DNA of 64,000 nt, from contig NC_091282.1 of assembly GCF_032444005.1 (NCBI RefSeq), positions 783,060,001 to 783,124,000 of the forward strand. The letters run 5' to 3'. Below the pieces are notes generated by a model. That model had not been told where the DNA came from and ran no database searches. It was given only the letters and a program-made list of their open reading frames with translations. A program made the position numbers and the translations under genes. Of this stretch, positions 1 to 12,600 are shown piece after piece (position 1 is the first letter of the stretch; each line of letters opens with the position of its first letter). This stretch comes from Ranitomeya imitator (taxonomy: Eukaryota).

Positions 1-76
1 AATTACAGACGCCTCTCATCTTTTTAAGTGGTGGAACTTGCACTATTGCTGACTGACTAAATACTTTTTTGCCCCA

Positions 77-79
<3 letters not shown>
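1..79. mobile_element. Terminal inverted repeat of a Tc1 element (family A), cut by the window edge
   Basis: Identical to the right ends of the copies at 18165-19743 and 34844-36450 (...ctaaatacttttttgccccactg), followed by TA. Confidence 0.9.

Positions 80-132
<53 letters not shown>
80..132. repeat. (TA)n microsatellite
   Basis: Pure TA run directly after the Tc1 end. Confidence 0.95.
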
Positions 133-137
<5 letters not shown>

Positions 138-495
138 CACACACAGCACACAGGGACAACCAGCCATACAAGGAAAATACACCCATATATACAGCACAGC
201 GACAGGTAGCCATATACACAGTCACGGGCAGCCATATATACAGTGAGAGGCAGCCATATACACAGTCACAGGCGGCCATATATACAGTCACAGGGACAGC
301 CAGCCATACAAGGGGAATACACCCATATATACAGTATAGTGACAGGTAGCCATATATACAATGACAGGCAACCATATATACAGTGACAGGCAGCCATATA
401 TACAGTGACAGGCAACCATATATACAGTGACAGGCAGCCATATATACAGTGACAGGCAACCATATATACAGTGACAGGCAGCCATATATACAGTG

Positions 496-1117
496 AAAAA
501 ACACCTAAACAGTGGTGCCCTCTCGGCCAGCAGGGGGCATACCTCTAAGCCAAACCATATAAACCTAAAGAATAGCACCAGAAACTAAGATGATCCCTAG
601 ATCCAGAGGATCGTGTTAGGGAAGGTCATAGACCAGGGGTCTGTGCATGAAAAATAGAGGTACAAAAGAAATATATGCCAACATAAATTTATTAAGGTAT
701 CAAATATACAAAAAATATTGTAGGATATAACAATACATAGACAAAACATGTAGTAGACAGGAGCAGCTAAAAGATAGCATGTAATAGATGACAAAATACA
801 ATGCTAATGATAACATGAGGGAAATTTGAGCACCCTACTCTGACTGCAGACCAATGAATGCTAAATAATGCCCTGGGGTGATACTCCTAAATGTGCATAA
901 GATGTAAAGGTGGGTGCACCCCTGTAATAATCCCCTAAATATAATGGATAGCAGGGGATATATATCCGAATCAAGGCAGCGTGGTTACAAATGCAGTGAG
1001 TAAACTAGGACTGGTGTGCCGTTACCTTGAGACATGGTTGCGGTAAATAACAGGGTGCTGCAGGCAGAGAGGGGAGCCTCGACGCGCGTTTCACCTAAAT
1101 GGCTTTGTCAGGAGGCC
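496..1117 (-). mobile_element. Probable Penelope-like element terminal fragment
   Basis: Non-repetitive block inserted in the minisatellite, with a minimal hammerhead motif at its right-hand end (1075-1117). Confidence 0.5.
1075..1117 (-). ncRNA. Decayed type I minimal hammerhead ribozyme motif
   Basis: Minus strand reads GGCCTC-CTGACAA-AGCC ATTTA GGT-GAAAC GCGC GTC-GAGGCT: stem I, stem II, palindromic stem III and a GUC triplet. Two core changes. Confidence 0.65.
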
Positions 1118-3214
1118 ATATACAATGACAGGCAGCCATATATACAGTCACGGGCAGCCATATATACAGTGAGAGGCATCCATATACACAGTCACGGGCA
1201 GCCATATATACAGTCACGGGCGGCTATATATACAGTGACAGGCAGCCATATATACAGCCACACAAACAGTGACAGGCAGCCATATATACTGTGACAGGCA
1301 GCCATATATACAGTCACGGGAGGCTATATATACAGTGATAGGCAGCCATATATACAGTCACGGGCGGCTATATATACAGTGACAGGCAGCCATATATACA
1401 GCCACAGGCAGCCATATATACAGTCACAGGGACAGCCAGCTATACAAGGGGAATACATCTATATATACAGTACTGTGACGGGTAGCCATATATACAATGA
1501 CAGGCAGCCATATATACAGCCATAGGTGGCCATGTATACAGTGACAGGCATCCATATATATAGTCACAGGCAGCCACATAAACAGTGACAGGCAGCCATA
1601 TATACAACCACGGGCGGCCATATATACAGTGACAGGCAGCCATATATACAGCCACGGGTGGCCATGTATACAGTTACAGGCAGCCATATATACAGTCACA
1701 GATGGCAGTATATACAGTCACAGGGACAGCCAGCCATACAAGGGGAATACACCCATATATACAGTACAGTGACGGGTAGCCATATATACAATGACAGGCA
1801 GCCATATATACAGCCATGGGTCGCCATGTATACAGTGACAGGCAGCCATATATACAGTCACAGACGGCAGTATATACAGTCACAGGGACAGCCAGTCATA
1901 CCAGGGGAATACACCCATATATACAGTACAGTGACGGGTAGCTATATATACAATGACAGGCAACCATATATACAGTGACAAGCAGCCATATATACAATGA
2001 CAGGCAGCCATATATACAGTCACAGGCAGCCATATATACAATGACAGGCAACCATATATACAGTGACAAGCAGCCATATATACAATGACAGGCAGCCATA
2101 TATACAGTCACAGGCAGCCATATATACAATGACAGGCAGCCATATTCACGGGCAGCTATATATACAGTGACAGGCAGCCATATATACAGTCACAGGCAGC
2201 CACATAAACAGTGACAGGCAGCCATATATACAGCCACGGGCGGCCATGTATACAGTGACAGGCAGCCATATATACAGTCACCGGTGGCCATGTATACAGT
2301 GACAGGCAGCCATATATACAGTCACAGGGACAGCCATCCATACAAGGGGAATACACCCATATATACAGTACAGTGACGGGTAGCTATATATACAATGACA
2401 GGCAACCATATATACAGTGATAAGCAGCCATATATACAATGACAGGCAGCCATATTCACGGGCAGCTATACAGTGACAGGCAGCCATATATACAGTCACA
2501 GGCAGCCACATAAACAGTGACAGGCAGCCATATATACAGCCACGGACGGCCATGTATACAGTGACAGGCAGCCATATATACAGTCACGGGTGACTATGTA
2601 TACAGTGACAGGCAGCCATATATACAGTCACGGGTGACTATGTATACAGTGACAGGCAGCCATATATACAGTCACAGGGACAGCCAGCCATACAAGGGGA
2701 ATACACCCATATATACAGTACAGTGACAGGTAGCTATATATACAATGACAGGCAACCATATATACAGTGATAAGCAGCCATATATACAATGACAGACAGC
2801 CATATTCACGGGCGGCTATATATACAGTGAAAGGCAGCCATATATAGTCTCAGGCAGCCACATAAACAGTGGCAGGCAGCCATATACACAGCCACGGGCG
2901 GCCATGTATACAGTGACAGGCAGCCATATATACAGTCACAGGCAGCCACAGTGACAGGCAGCCATATATACAGTCACGGGCGGCTATATATACAGTGACA
3001 GGCACCCATACATACAGTCACAGGCAGCCATATATACAGTGACAGGCAGCCATATACACAGCCACGGGTGGCCATATATACAGTGACAGGCAGCTATATA
3101 CACAGTCACGGGCTGCTATATATACAGTGACAGGCAGCCATATATACAGTCACAGGCAGCCATATATACAGTGATGGACATGTTTTCTTTATGCATTAAG
3201 TTGAACCCTCAAAC

Positions 3215-3381
3215 CTTTAAGGAGCAGCTTTAGACATGGCAGGGAGCCGTAAAACGCTGCTTCGTGTATCGGCAGCCAGCCACCTTTGCTGGCCTCGCAC
3301 AGTCTCTTCCCGGATTTGATGAGGTTATTCAGCGCCCCCTCGTCTCCGCTTTTGATCATCTCCTCGATGGGGTCCAGTTCT
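3215..3381 (-). CDS. ASB2: ASB2 coding exon (first ankyrin repeats)
   Basis: 167 nt between ctctcacag and GT. Encodes ELDPIEEMIKSGDEGALNNLIKSGKRLCEASKGGWLPIHEAAFYGSLPCLKLLLK, which matches human ASB2 ...GWLPLHEAAYYG.... Phase 2 matches the upstream exon. Confidence 0.93.
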
Positions 3382-3534
3382 CTGTGAGAGAAAACAGGCA
3401 GATATTAGATATGTGGAGACGTCATCCACCCCAGCATCAACTCCATCACCTCCTCCTAGCACCTGTGACCGGCGGCGATCATCCTAATACTGAAATGGGT
3501 GGGGATGTCATCCAGGCCTCTAGTAAAGGTGGTG

Positions 3535-3548
3535 GTTACCATGGAAAC
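3535..3548. promoter_or_regulatory. RFX X-box motif (intronic)
   Basis: GTTACCATGGAAAC fits the X-box consensus; motif match only. Confidence 0.4.
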
Positions 3549-3616
3549 TAAGGTTACTGGTTGCTATGGGTGATTCTTGTCTGTCAGGACTAGCATCAGG
3601 GAGCAGTGTTCCTTAA

Positions 3617-5845
3617 GGTGATGCTCTGACTAGTTGTTATGGGTGATGCTCTGACTAGTTGCTATGGGCGACGCTGACTAGCCGCTATGGGCATCGCTCT
3701 GACTAGCCGCTATGGGCGACGCTCTGACTAGCCGCTATGGGCGACGCTCTGACTAGCCGCTATGGGCGACGCTCTGACTAGCTGCTATGGGCGATGCTCT
3801 GACTAGCTGCTGTGGGTGACGCTCTGACTAGCTGCTTTGGGCGACGCTCTGACTAGTAGTTATGGGTGATGCTCTGACTAGCCGCTATGGGCGATGCTCT
3901 GACTAGCCGCTGTGGGTGAAGCTCTGACTAGCTGCTTTGGGCGACGCTCTGACTAGCCGCTATGGGCGACGCTCTGACTAGCCGCTGTGGGTGACGCTCT
4001 GACTAGCTACTGTGGGCGACGCTCTGACTAGCTGCTGTGGGCGACGCTCTGACTAGCCGCTTTGGGCGACGCTCTGACTAGCCGCTATGGGCGACGCTCT
4101 GACTAGCCGCTGTGGGTGACGCTCTGACTAGCTGCTATGGGCGACGCTCTGACTAGCCGCTGTGGGTGACGCTCTGACTAGCTGCTTTGGGCGACTCTCT
4201 GACTAGTAGTTATGGGTGATGCTCTGACTAGCCGCTATAGGCGATGCTCTGACTAGCTGCTATGGGCGAAGCTCTGACTAGCCGCTATGGGCGACGCTCT
4301 GACTAGCTACTGTGGGCGACGCTCTGACTAGCTGCTTTGGGCGACGCTCTGACTAGCCGCTGTGGGTGACGCTCTGACTAGCCGCTGTGGGTGACGCTCT
4401 GACTAGCTACTGTGGGCGACGCTCTGACTAGCTGCTGTGGGCGACGCTCTGACTAGCCGCTGTGGGCGACGCTCTGACTAGCCGCTGTGGGCGACGCTCT
4501 GACTAGCCGCTATGGGCGACGCTCTGACTAGCCGCTATGGGCGACGCTCTGACTAGCTGCTATGGGCGATGCTCTGACTAGCTGCTGTGGGTGACGCTCT
4601 GACTAGCTGCTTTGGGCGACGCTCTGACTAGTAGTTATGGGTGATGCTCTGACTAGCCGCTATGGGCGATGCTCTGACTAGCCGCTGTGGGTGAAGCTCT
4701 GACTAGCTGCTTTGGGCGACGCTCTGACTAGCCGCTATGGGCGACGCTCTGACTAGCCGCTATGGGCGACGCTCTGACTAGCTGCTATGGGCGATGCTCT
4801 GACTAGCTGCTGTGGGTGACGCTCTGACTAGCTGCTTTGGGCGACGCTCTGACTAGTAGTTATGGGTGATGCTCTGACTAGCCGCTATGGGCGATGCTCT
4901 GACTAGCCGCTGTGGGTGAAGCTCTGACTAGCTGCTTTGGGCGACGCTCTGACTAGCCGCTATGGGCGACGCTCTGACTAGCCGCTGTGGGTGACGCTCT
5001 GACTAGCTACTGTGGGCGACGCTCTGACTAGCTGCTGTGGGCGACGCTCTGACTAGCCGCTTTGGGCGACGCTCTGACTAGCCGCTATGGGCGACGCTCT
5101 GACTAGCCGCTGTGGGTGACGCTCTGACTAGCTGCTATGGGCGACGCTCTGACTAGCCGCTGTGGGTGACGCTCTGACTAGCTGCTTTGGGCGACTCTCT
5201 GACTAGTAGTTATGGGTGATGCTCTGACTAGCCGCTATAGGCGATGCTCTGACTAGCTGCTATGGGCGAAGCTCTGACTAGCCGCTATGGGCGACGCTCT
5301 GACTAGCTACTGTGGGCGACGCTCTGACTAGCTGCTTTGGGCGACGCTCTGACTAGCCGCTGTGGGTGACGCTCTGACTAGCCGCTGTGGGTGACGCTCT
5401 GACTAGCTACTGTGGGCGACGCTCTGACTAGCTGCTGTGGGCGACGCTCTGACTAGCCGCTGTGGGCGACGCTCTGACTAGCCGCTGTGGGCGACGCTCT
5501 GACTAGCCGCTGTGGGCGACGCTCTGACTAGCCGCTGTGGGCGACGCTCTGACTAGCCGCTGTGGGTGACGCTCTGACTAGCCGCTATGGGCGACGCTCT
5601 GACTAGCCGCTATGGGCGACGCTCTGACTAGCCGCTATGGGCGACGCTCTGACTAGCCGCTATGGGCGACGCTCTGACTAGCTGCTGTGGGTGACGCTCT
5701 GAATAGCCGCTATGGGCGATGCTCTGACTAGCTGCTGTGGGTGACGCTCTGAATAGCCGCTATGGGCGACGCTCTGAATAGCCGCTATGGGTGACGCTCT
5801 GACTAGCCGCTATGGGTGATGCTCTGACTAGCCGCTATGGGTGAA
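3617..5845. repeat. 25-bp CpG-rich VNTR (gacgctctgactagccgctatgggc), about 89 units
   Basis: Regular 25-bp period with point variants. Confidence 0.97.
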
Positions 5846-6619
5846 GCGCTTTGCTTTCCTTTCATAAGTTTTATAACATTTCCTCTAAATTTGCCTTTGT
5901 TAATGTGTCAGGTGGGAAGACGCCGCCGCACAGCAATTGTAGTCATCATGGAAGGTAGGTCTGATGGGAGTTGTCCTCTGGTTTCCAGGAATCTGTATTC
6001 TAGTAGCGGTGCATTCTGTTGTCCAGTAGGGGGCAGAAGTGTGATCCCCATCCATCATACACACGTGATAATCCAGAAATACTGATAATCCGGTGATCAG
6101 AATCTGAATGCTGGAATTTTGCAGTGTTATGTAATGCTCGGCCCATCTGCATATTGTCACTGGAGCTGTGCAGCCCCCACACCCCATACTGCACCCCACA
6201 TGTCACAGGAGCACATATGTAACACGTTACGTACATGTAACGCTCCGGGGCGGCTCTTGTGCTGCCTAGAACAGCCGACCGGCAGCAAGTGTTCTCCTGG
6301 ATGAATGGAGGCGGTTTCAGCTGTCATGGCAGCTGCAAGGGGTCAGGGGGACCCTACATAGAGAGATGAGCGGGTAAACCCTGCAATGTGCAGCCCCCCG
6401 CATGCCTGCTTATGGTTTTTTTTCCTCAGAACGGAGGGTCGTTACAATGTCGTGCCATGTGGACATCACTGACAGCTGTAGGGTCAGAATCAGAAAACAC
6501 AAGGGGTTGTGCATAGGAAACGGCGCAGTCTTGTGACCCCAGAGCTCCGTATCAAGACTGTGGTGTTATCTTGGCTCTGTATGGCGGGATTATCCTTGTA
6601 TTTTTCAGGGTGGTATTAT

Positions 6620-7060
6620 CTATGCATGACATGGTGGTACTGAATGGTGATATTATCTGGCACTATATGGCAGTATTATCTAGTTCTGTACGGCGGTACT
6701 ATCTAGCACTGTACATCGGTATTATCTAGTCCTATATGGTGGTATTATCTGACTCTGCACAGTGGTATTATCTATGCAAGGTATGGTGGTATTCTGTACA
6801 CTGTATTATGGTGTTATCTTTGCATTGAATGGTGGTATTATCTGGCACTATATGGCGGTATTATCTAGTCCTGTATGGTGGTATTATATGGCACTGTATG
6901 GCGGTATTATCTGGCACTGAACGTGGTATTATCTGACATTGAACATCGGTATTATCTTTGCATTTTTCAGGGAATTGTGTGGTGGTATAATCTATACAAC
7001 AAATGGTGTATTATCTGGGCACTGTATGTCTGCATTCTGTGCACTGTTTTATGGCGTTCT
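6620..7060. repeat. Degenerate minisatellite (ggtattatctggcactgtatg)
   Basis: Recurrent ggtattatct cores; boundaries approximate. Confidence 0.75.
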
Positions 7061-8829
7061 CTTTGCCTTGAATGGTGGTATTTTCTGGTAATTATTTCTA
7101 ATTATGCTATTACTTGGATACAGTTGGTCACTGTTGATCCCCTTATGATGCCACTAGTTGGTACTATAAGACGGCAGTATTTGGTACAATATAGCACAGT
7201 AATTTCAGCATTACGTGATGTTAATATTAGGGTAATATGTCACATTGCTTTTAAGTACTGTATGACAGTTATTTTCAGAAATGAAATAGTACTGTATTTG
7301 TGCAGTGTATGGTGGTCTTCATTCAGACACCCTGTGTCGGTATTATTTGGTCACTCTGATGAGTATATATTAGTATTATTTGCCACTGAATGACCCTGTT
7401 TGATGGGCTCTGCATTTTGCAGACACCACAAGGTGGAATTAGTGGAAACGTTCTGTAGTTATGATCTTCACTGTATATGGCGGTATTATTCATTCATATC
7501 ACAACAGTATTAAAGTCATCTGCGTGGTTCTGCTCTGTAAGATGTTACATGGCAGCATCGTGGCATTATTCATACACATTACTTGATCTCACTGTCATAG
7601 GAATAATGGAGCACAGACTGCAGCTTTATCCTGGGGGAGCCCCTTGTAATATTTCCCCCGGGACCTCGCTGTGTGCTGAATGACATCATTTGTACGGTGG
7701 GATGTCTGTAGCGCTATATAGAAGCTGCCATTTACCGTCCGCTGACGGATCTGTGGTCCTTCCATCTCCTCCAGGTTGTGAATCTCGTACCGTGGAGAAG
7801 ATCATGTGTGTACTTAACTTCAAAGCGCGGCTCGTCCGATCTGCCCGGGGGGCTCATTACCTACGTGGGATCGATATCTGCTTCCACTAATGTCACTGAT
7901 TCCCCACCTGGGCCGAATATCGACCTGGAGGCGCAGTATGGGCTCCTAACAGGGACACTTTGCACGGGGTCGTACACCGTAACCCCCAGGAATTCTAGCG
8001 CTGCTGCTCATGTGACGGTCATACAAACAGCCGGAATCACAATGTCGGCCATCACTATGGGAAAGTTCAGCGCGGATCTGACATTAACGTGCTGCAATGT
8101 ATATCATGTACATCACACAGGAAGACGCCACCCTGACCCCAGAGCTACGGAGGGCGCACTCGCCCCAGCGCTCAGACACATACTGAGACTTTTCCATGGG
8201 AAATACACTCCCATGAGTCTAAGATATAGGAATAGCCAGGTCCACCCAGTCTTAGAAAGGCGTGCACTTACTTTTCAATACAAATACCTGTGTCCACATT
8301 TAGGGGATATTACGTGTGAGCAAATGCAGAACTGTCTCTAGTAGGTGTCCCCATTAACTGGAGGTTTTTTTTTTTTTCTTTTTTAAGATGACAGATTCCC
8401 TTTAAATACCACCTTTGTGAATAGCTGGTGTTTATCTGTGCTCCTCTTCTCCAGTGACTCCAGCCCAGCTGCATTGCTTGGTAGTGGTAGTCAGAATTTG
8501 ACTTACTTACATCAGAGACGATGGTTGCTGCTCTGTAGCTCCCCATACTTTACCCTGCAGCTCTGCTTCTCAGGTTATGTGCAGTGTAAAACCTGAGCTC
8601 AGGCTGCAGTCAGCACACAGGGAGATTATCACATTACAGAACAATTATGAAATACAAGTAACTAAAAAAAATGTCACTTCTATAACATAATAAAATTGTG
8701 TCTAAATAACCAATCACATTGCAGCGTTTGTCACCCGGTCACTTACCATTGGCAGTAAACCATCTGAACAGCCAATCAGAGCTTTGGAGCAGACCAAAAA
8801 GAAAACTTCAGACCTGACCTGACAAGGGC

Positions 8830-9430
8830 AGGGTGTCTCGAGGGATGGGTGCGCAGACAAAGATTGGTGACTTTGGGTGGGCTGACAAAAAGGGTGCCTG
8901 GCGATGGTAGAGGCGGTGACAAATACAGGTTCCTGGCTAGGGTGGGTGCTGAGATGAAGACGGGTGAATGGTGTGGGGGAGCGAAGACTAAGACAGGAGC
9001 CTGTCGAAGCTGGGAGCGGAGATAAAGATGGGTGCCTGTCGAGGCTGGGCACAGAGACCAAGACACGGGTGACTGTCGAAGCTGGGAGCGGAGATACAGA
9101 CAGGTGCCTTTCGAGGCTGGGCGCAGACACAAAGACGGGTCTCAGTCAATGCTGGGCACGGAGGCAAAGACAGGTTCCCATCGAGGCTGGGTGGGGAGAC
9201 AAAGATGGGTGCCCGTCTAGGCTGGACACGGAGATAAAAATGAGTGCCTGGCGAGGGTGAGTGTGGATATAAAACCAAGTGCCTGACGAGAGTGGGCACA
9301 GTCAGAAAGGGTTGCTTTGGGGTGAGGAAACACCAACAGAGAAGGGTGCCTAGATGTGTGAGGGGGTGGGCAGGCAAAGATGGCTGCTTGGGGGATGGGT
9401 GTGCAGACAAAGATGGGTGAGGGGGGATAA
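8830..9430. repeat. Degenerate G-rich tandem repeat (cgaggctggg...gacaaagatgggt)
   Basis: Recurrent ~40-45-bp units; boundaries approximate. Confidence 0.7.
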
Positions 9431-9590
9431 GAGCAGATAGAGTCGGTCCCCGGAGGTGCAGAAGAGGAAAAGATCGCATCTGTCATCTCCATTATCTCAC
9501 ATGTGGGGTCACTGGGATGAAGTCTGGGAATCTCCTATTCATTAATATCGTTTCATTGGTGAATTGTAAATAAAAGCGTTCTCCGATTTT

Positions 9591-10058
9591 TTCACTCTAA
9601 AAGGAGAACCTGAGTCATCATATATTATGAAATACAACTTTACTTGTCCTAAAAGATTTTATATATTTAATACACAAAAAATGATTAAAATGTTTTTGTG
9701 GGTACAAAATGTGACAATAAAGCAGTGGCCCGAGACTAAGGCCAGGATTATAGAACAATTCAACGAAAAACCGGTATGTTACAATCTCAACCTAAGGTAA
9801 TTTGTGTAAATAGCCACATGGTGGGATGGTAAATCTAATCAGACAGTCTCCTGAGAAACACTGAGTGAGTTCATCCAGAACCAGCCATGCTGCTGTAAAG
9901 GCTTTATAGGGTCTGGTAATAGTATTCTTCCGCTATTCGTTATGCAATAAAACAAGGTAAAGAAATCATATATTTATATATCGAAAAAAATCTATTTTTG
10001 CACAAATAAAGTTGTATGTCATAATATATGATGACTCAGGTTCTCCTTTTATAGTGAA
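9591..10058. mobile_element. MITE with ~70-bp terminal inverted repeats
   Basis: ttcactctaaaaggagaacctgagtcatcatatattatga... is mirrored by ...tcataatatatgatgactcaggttctccttttatagtgaa. Confidence 0.7.
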
Positions 10059-10202
10059 TTAAGTATTGGAGTCAATATTAATATGGGTATTATGATGATT
10101 TAAGACTGGTATTATATATTTCGTTCTCTGATTTCTGTTCACACACAGTTTTTTATGCAGATTTTGGTTAATAAACCATACAAATAATCAGAATGGGAAA
10201 AT

Positions 10203-10459
10203 GACCCTTTCCTTACCCGCTGGCTGCATGCTGGCTGCAATATTGGATTGAAGTTCATTCTCTGTCCTCCGTAGTACACGCCTGCACAGTGTAATCTTAC
10301 CTTGTGCAGGCGTGTACTACGGAGGACAGAGAATGAACTTCAATCCAATATTGCAGCCAGCATGCAGCCAGCGGGTAAGGAAAGGGTGAATCAAACACCC
10401 GAAAACTCCGCCCATATGACCCAAAACCAGTCCCACCAAATTCAGGTGACAGGTTCCCT
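10203..10459. mobile_element. Kolobok/T2-type MITE, left-truncated
   Basis: Ends gacaggttccct|TTAA, has an internal palindrome, and is the same family as 63066-63377. Confidence 0.75.
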
Positions 10460-10971
10460 TTAAAGAACCAACATGAAATCCGTGGCAGAAACCTGCAGCT
10501 TTTCTGCCGTGTCCGTTCTCTGGGTAATAATAACACAAGGGCTGAAATGTTGTGGATGTTCAGCAGCCAAAAGCCAAGAGCGAAATCCACGGGGCCAGAA
10601 ACATGCTCCAAATGTGGGCAGATTTTGTTGTGGAAACGCTGCGGATTTGCTGCAGATTTCCCCTTTTGCGGTGATAACAGGTGCATTTACACTTGGGGTA
10701 TGTTCACACGTAGCAGATTTGCCACAGACTTTCCGCATGGAATCTGTATGTGAGGATTTGGTTGCAGATTTGACCCTTTTCGATGCATTATATAAATCTG
10801 CGCCCTTTATCATCTCTGTGCAGATATGTGACTAAGATGCATATTGTAACGGCACATTGTGCTATGGACGTTCTGCCGCAGATCTGTAGCGTGTGAACGT
10901 GCACTTATAATGAGAGCGTCACCCTCCATCACATCCATCCCCAGCCCCTACACACAATAGATGTCACTTAC

Positions 10972-11082
10972 TCAGGCTTGGTGCTGAGAAAATAGCTCCC
11001 ATCATATCTCTTCCTGAAGACCCCCGTCCTGGAGTCAGGGCCTGGGGTCTGCGCTGCAGTGGCGGCCGGGAGGGCCCGGGAT
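10972..11082 (-). CDS. ASB2: ASB2 shared coding exon (long-isoform acceptor)
   Basis: gccacag|ATCCCGG...CCTGA|gtaagt, 111 nt, phase 2/2. Encodes SRALPAATAAQTPGPDSRTGVFRKRYDGSYFLSTKP. Confidence 0.85.
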
Positions 11083-11138
11083 CTGTGGCGACATGTGTGA
11101 AACAGTGAGAAGTACTCGGAGTAGGAGAAGCAGATCAT
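10972..11138 (-). CDS. ASB2: ASB2 short (alpha) isoform first coding exon
   Basis: ATG at 11138 gives MICFSYSEYFSLFHTC, matching the human ASB2-alpha N-terminus MTRFSYAEYFSLFHSC, in frame with the shared exon. Confidence 0.85.
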
Positions 11139-11410
11139 ATCCCTGCACCTTGTGAGGAGCAGAACCTCCCGCTGGCTGAATGGAAGCAGATGGTGCGGAC
11201 CCTGCAATCAGCTGCTCCGAGTCTTGATTATTTTTGGCCCTGGGAGGAAACGTCGGGGGGATTTCAATGACCATATAAGACAACAATGGAGTAAAATCAC
11301 ACTCCCAGGATCCAGAGGTCCGAGGGTCAGTGTTCACCTCCAGCACACGTTACCGGACGCTTCTGGGGTCCGCTATTCCCCCTATCACCCCGATACACAG
11401 AGTCCCTCAC

Positions 11411-11509
11411 CGTCCACTCATCACACAGGGTGACCCCCGCCGATCACTTATTAGGAAACTCAGCATTATATACTGTACATCACATCCCGTTACCTTGTTT
11501 TTATTTATA
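11411..11509 (-). promoter_or_regulatory. Candidate ASB2-alpha TATA box and short non-coding first exon
   Basis: Minus-strand TATAAATA at 11509-11502, donor ACG|GTGAGG at 11411/11410, and acceptors at 11148 or 11142 just before the alpha ATG. Confidence 0.45.
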
Positions 11510-11643
11510 AACAAGCCTGCAGTGTAAAGCAAGGAGAATTTCTGGTTGACAAGGGGTCATGTATCTGATTACACTTGGAATCACTCTTCCCTTCCCCTCC
11601 TTTAGAGATACTGTTGTGTATATAACAGGGGAGAGGTTTTATG

Positions 11644-11887
11644 CAGTGATGAGCGAGCGTGCTCGGGTAAGGGTTATCTGAGCATGCTCGGGTGCTGTCC
11701 GAGTGTCTTTGGCGTGCTCGAATAATATGTTTAAATCCCTGTGTCTGAATGTGTTGCAGATGTCGAACAGCCGCGAGACATGCAGCCGCAGAGCTTTGAA
11801 CATATTTTTTGAGCATGCCAAAGTCACTCGGATAGCACCCGAGCATGCTCAGATAACACTTTACCCGAGCACACTAGCTCATCACTA
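11644..11887. mobile_element. hAT-type MITE
   Basis: TIRs cagtgatgagc / gctcatcacta, palindromic body, 8-bp TSD gttttatg / gttatatg (one mismatch). Confidence 0.8.
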
Positions 11888-12039
11888 GTTATATGGACAT
11901 AGCCATGACCAGCACAAAAAAACCTCCATTCTTTACACTGCAGGCCAGGTTTCTGTCATGGTCTTATTATCGTCGGTTGATCAGGAGGTCAAGTGTGATC
12001 ACGGGTAGAACTGGTCATATGCTGGAAAGAAAATGAAGG

Positions 12040-12600
12040 GTCACACATGTAAGGCTTAGCTACACCAGTTAGTGTCACAAAAAATAGGCTTAGATACACC
12101 AGTTTGTGATACATATAATAAGCTTAGATACAATAGTTAGTATCACACAGAATAGGACTAGATACACCAAATAGTATCACACACAATATGCTTAGCTACA
12201 CCAAATAGTATCACACAGAATAGGACTAGATACATCAGAAAGTATCACACAGAATAGGACTAGATACATCAGATAGTATCACACAGAATAGGACTAGATA
12301 CATCAGATAGTATCACACAGAATAGGACTAGATACATCAGAAAGTATCACACAGAATAGGACTAGATACATCAGATAGTATCACACAGAATAGGACTAGA
12401 TACATCAGAAAGTATCACACAGAATAGGACTAGATACATCAGATAGTATCACACATTATGTTTAGATACAGCTGTTAATATCACACTTCGAAGGCTTAAA
12501 TACAACAGATATTATCACAAACAATAGGTTTAGATACACCAGTTAGTGTCACACATGAAAGGTTTAGGTACATGGTTTAGATACAGCTTTGTACGTAATG
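12040..12600. repeat. 34-bp minisatellite (agtatcacacagaataggactagatacatcagat)
   Basis: Tandem units with a near-perfect core at 12190-12460. Confidence 0.9.

Larger units (their letters stand above)
133..3174. repeat. ~22-bp minisatellite (acagtgacaggcagccatatat), interrupted at 496-1117
   Basis: Tandem degenerate units; they generate the many repetitive CLSLYIWLPVTVY ORFs. Confidence 0.95.

Noticed and set aside
43-3174. Many 60-150 aa ORFs (CLSLYIWLPVTVY..., YTTWLGNILR..., MPGLYQLYIYNYIQE..., LHSLFCWCSH...) here and at 31026-32246, 34242-38452 and 50035-50544
   Set aside because: They are translations of minisatellite units, periodic with the repeat and without splice or homology support.
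3617-5845. Regular short repeats resembling a CRISPR array (also 14890-15735)
   Set aside because: Head-to-tail units with no unique spacers, no cas genes, and a vertebrate context.
6318-6478. Cluster of CAGCTG E-boxes as a possible ASB2 muscle enhancer
   Set aside because: Six-mers are too common to support a call without conservation or chromatin data.
7778-8341. 187-aa plus-strand ORF in the ASB2 intron
   Set aside because: GTG start, no recognisable domain and no exon structure.
8742-8751. Strong minus-strand donor ATG|GTAAGT as an alternative ASB2 exon
   Set aside because: Joining to the 3381 exon is out of frame and reaches a stop within 20 codons.
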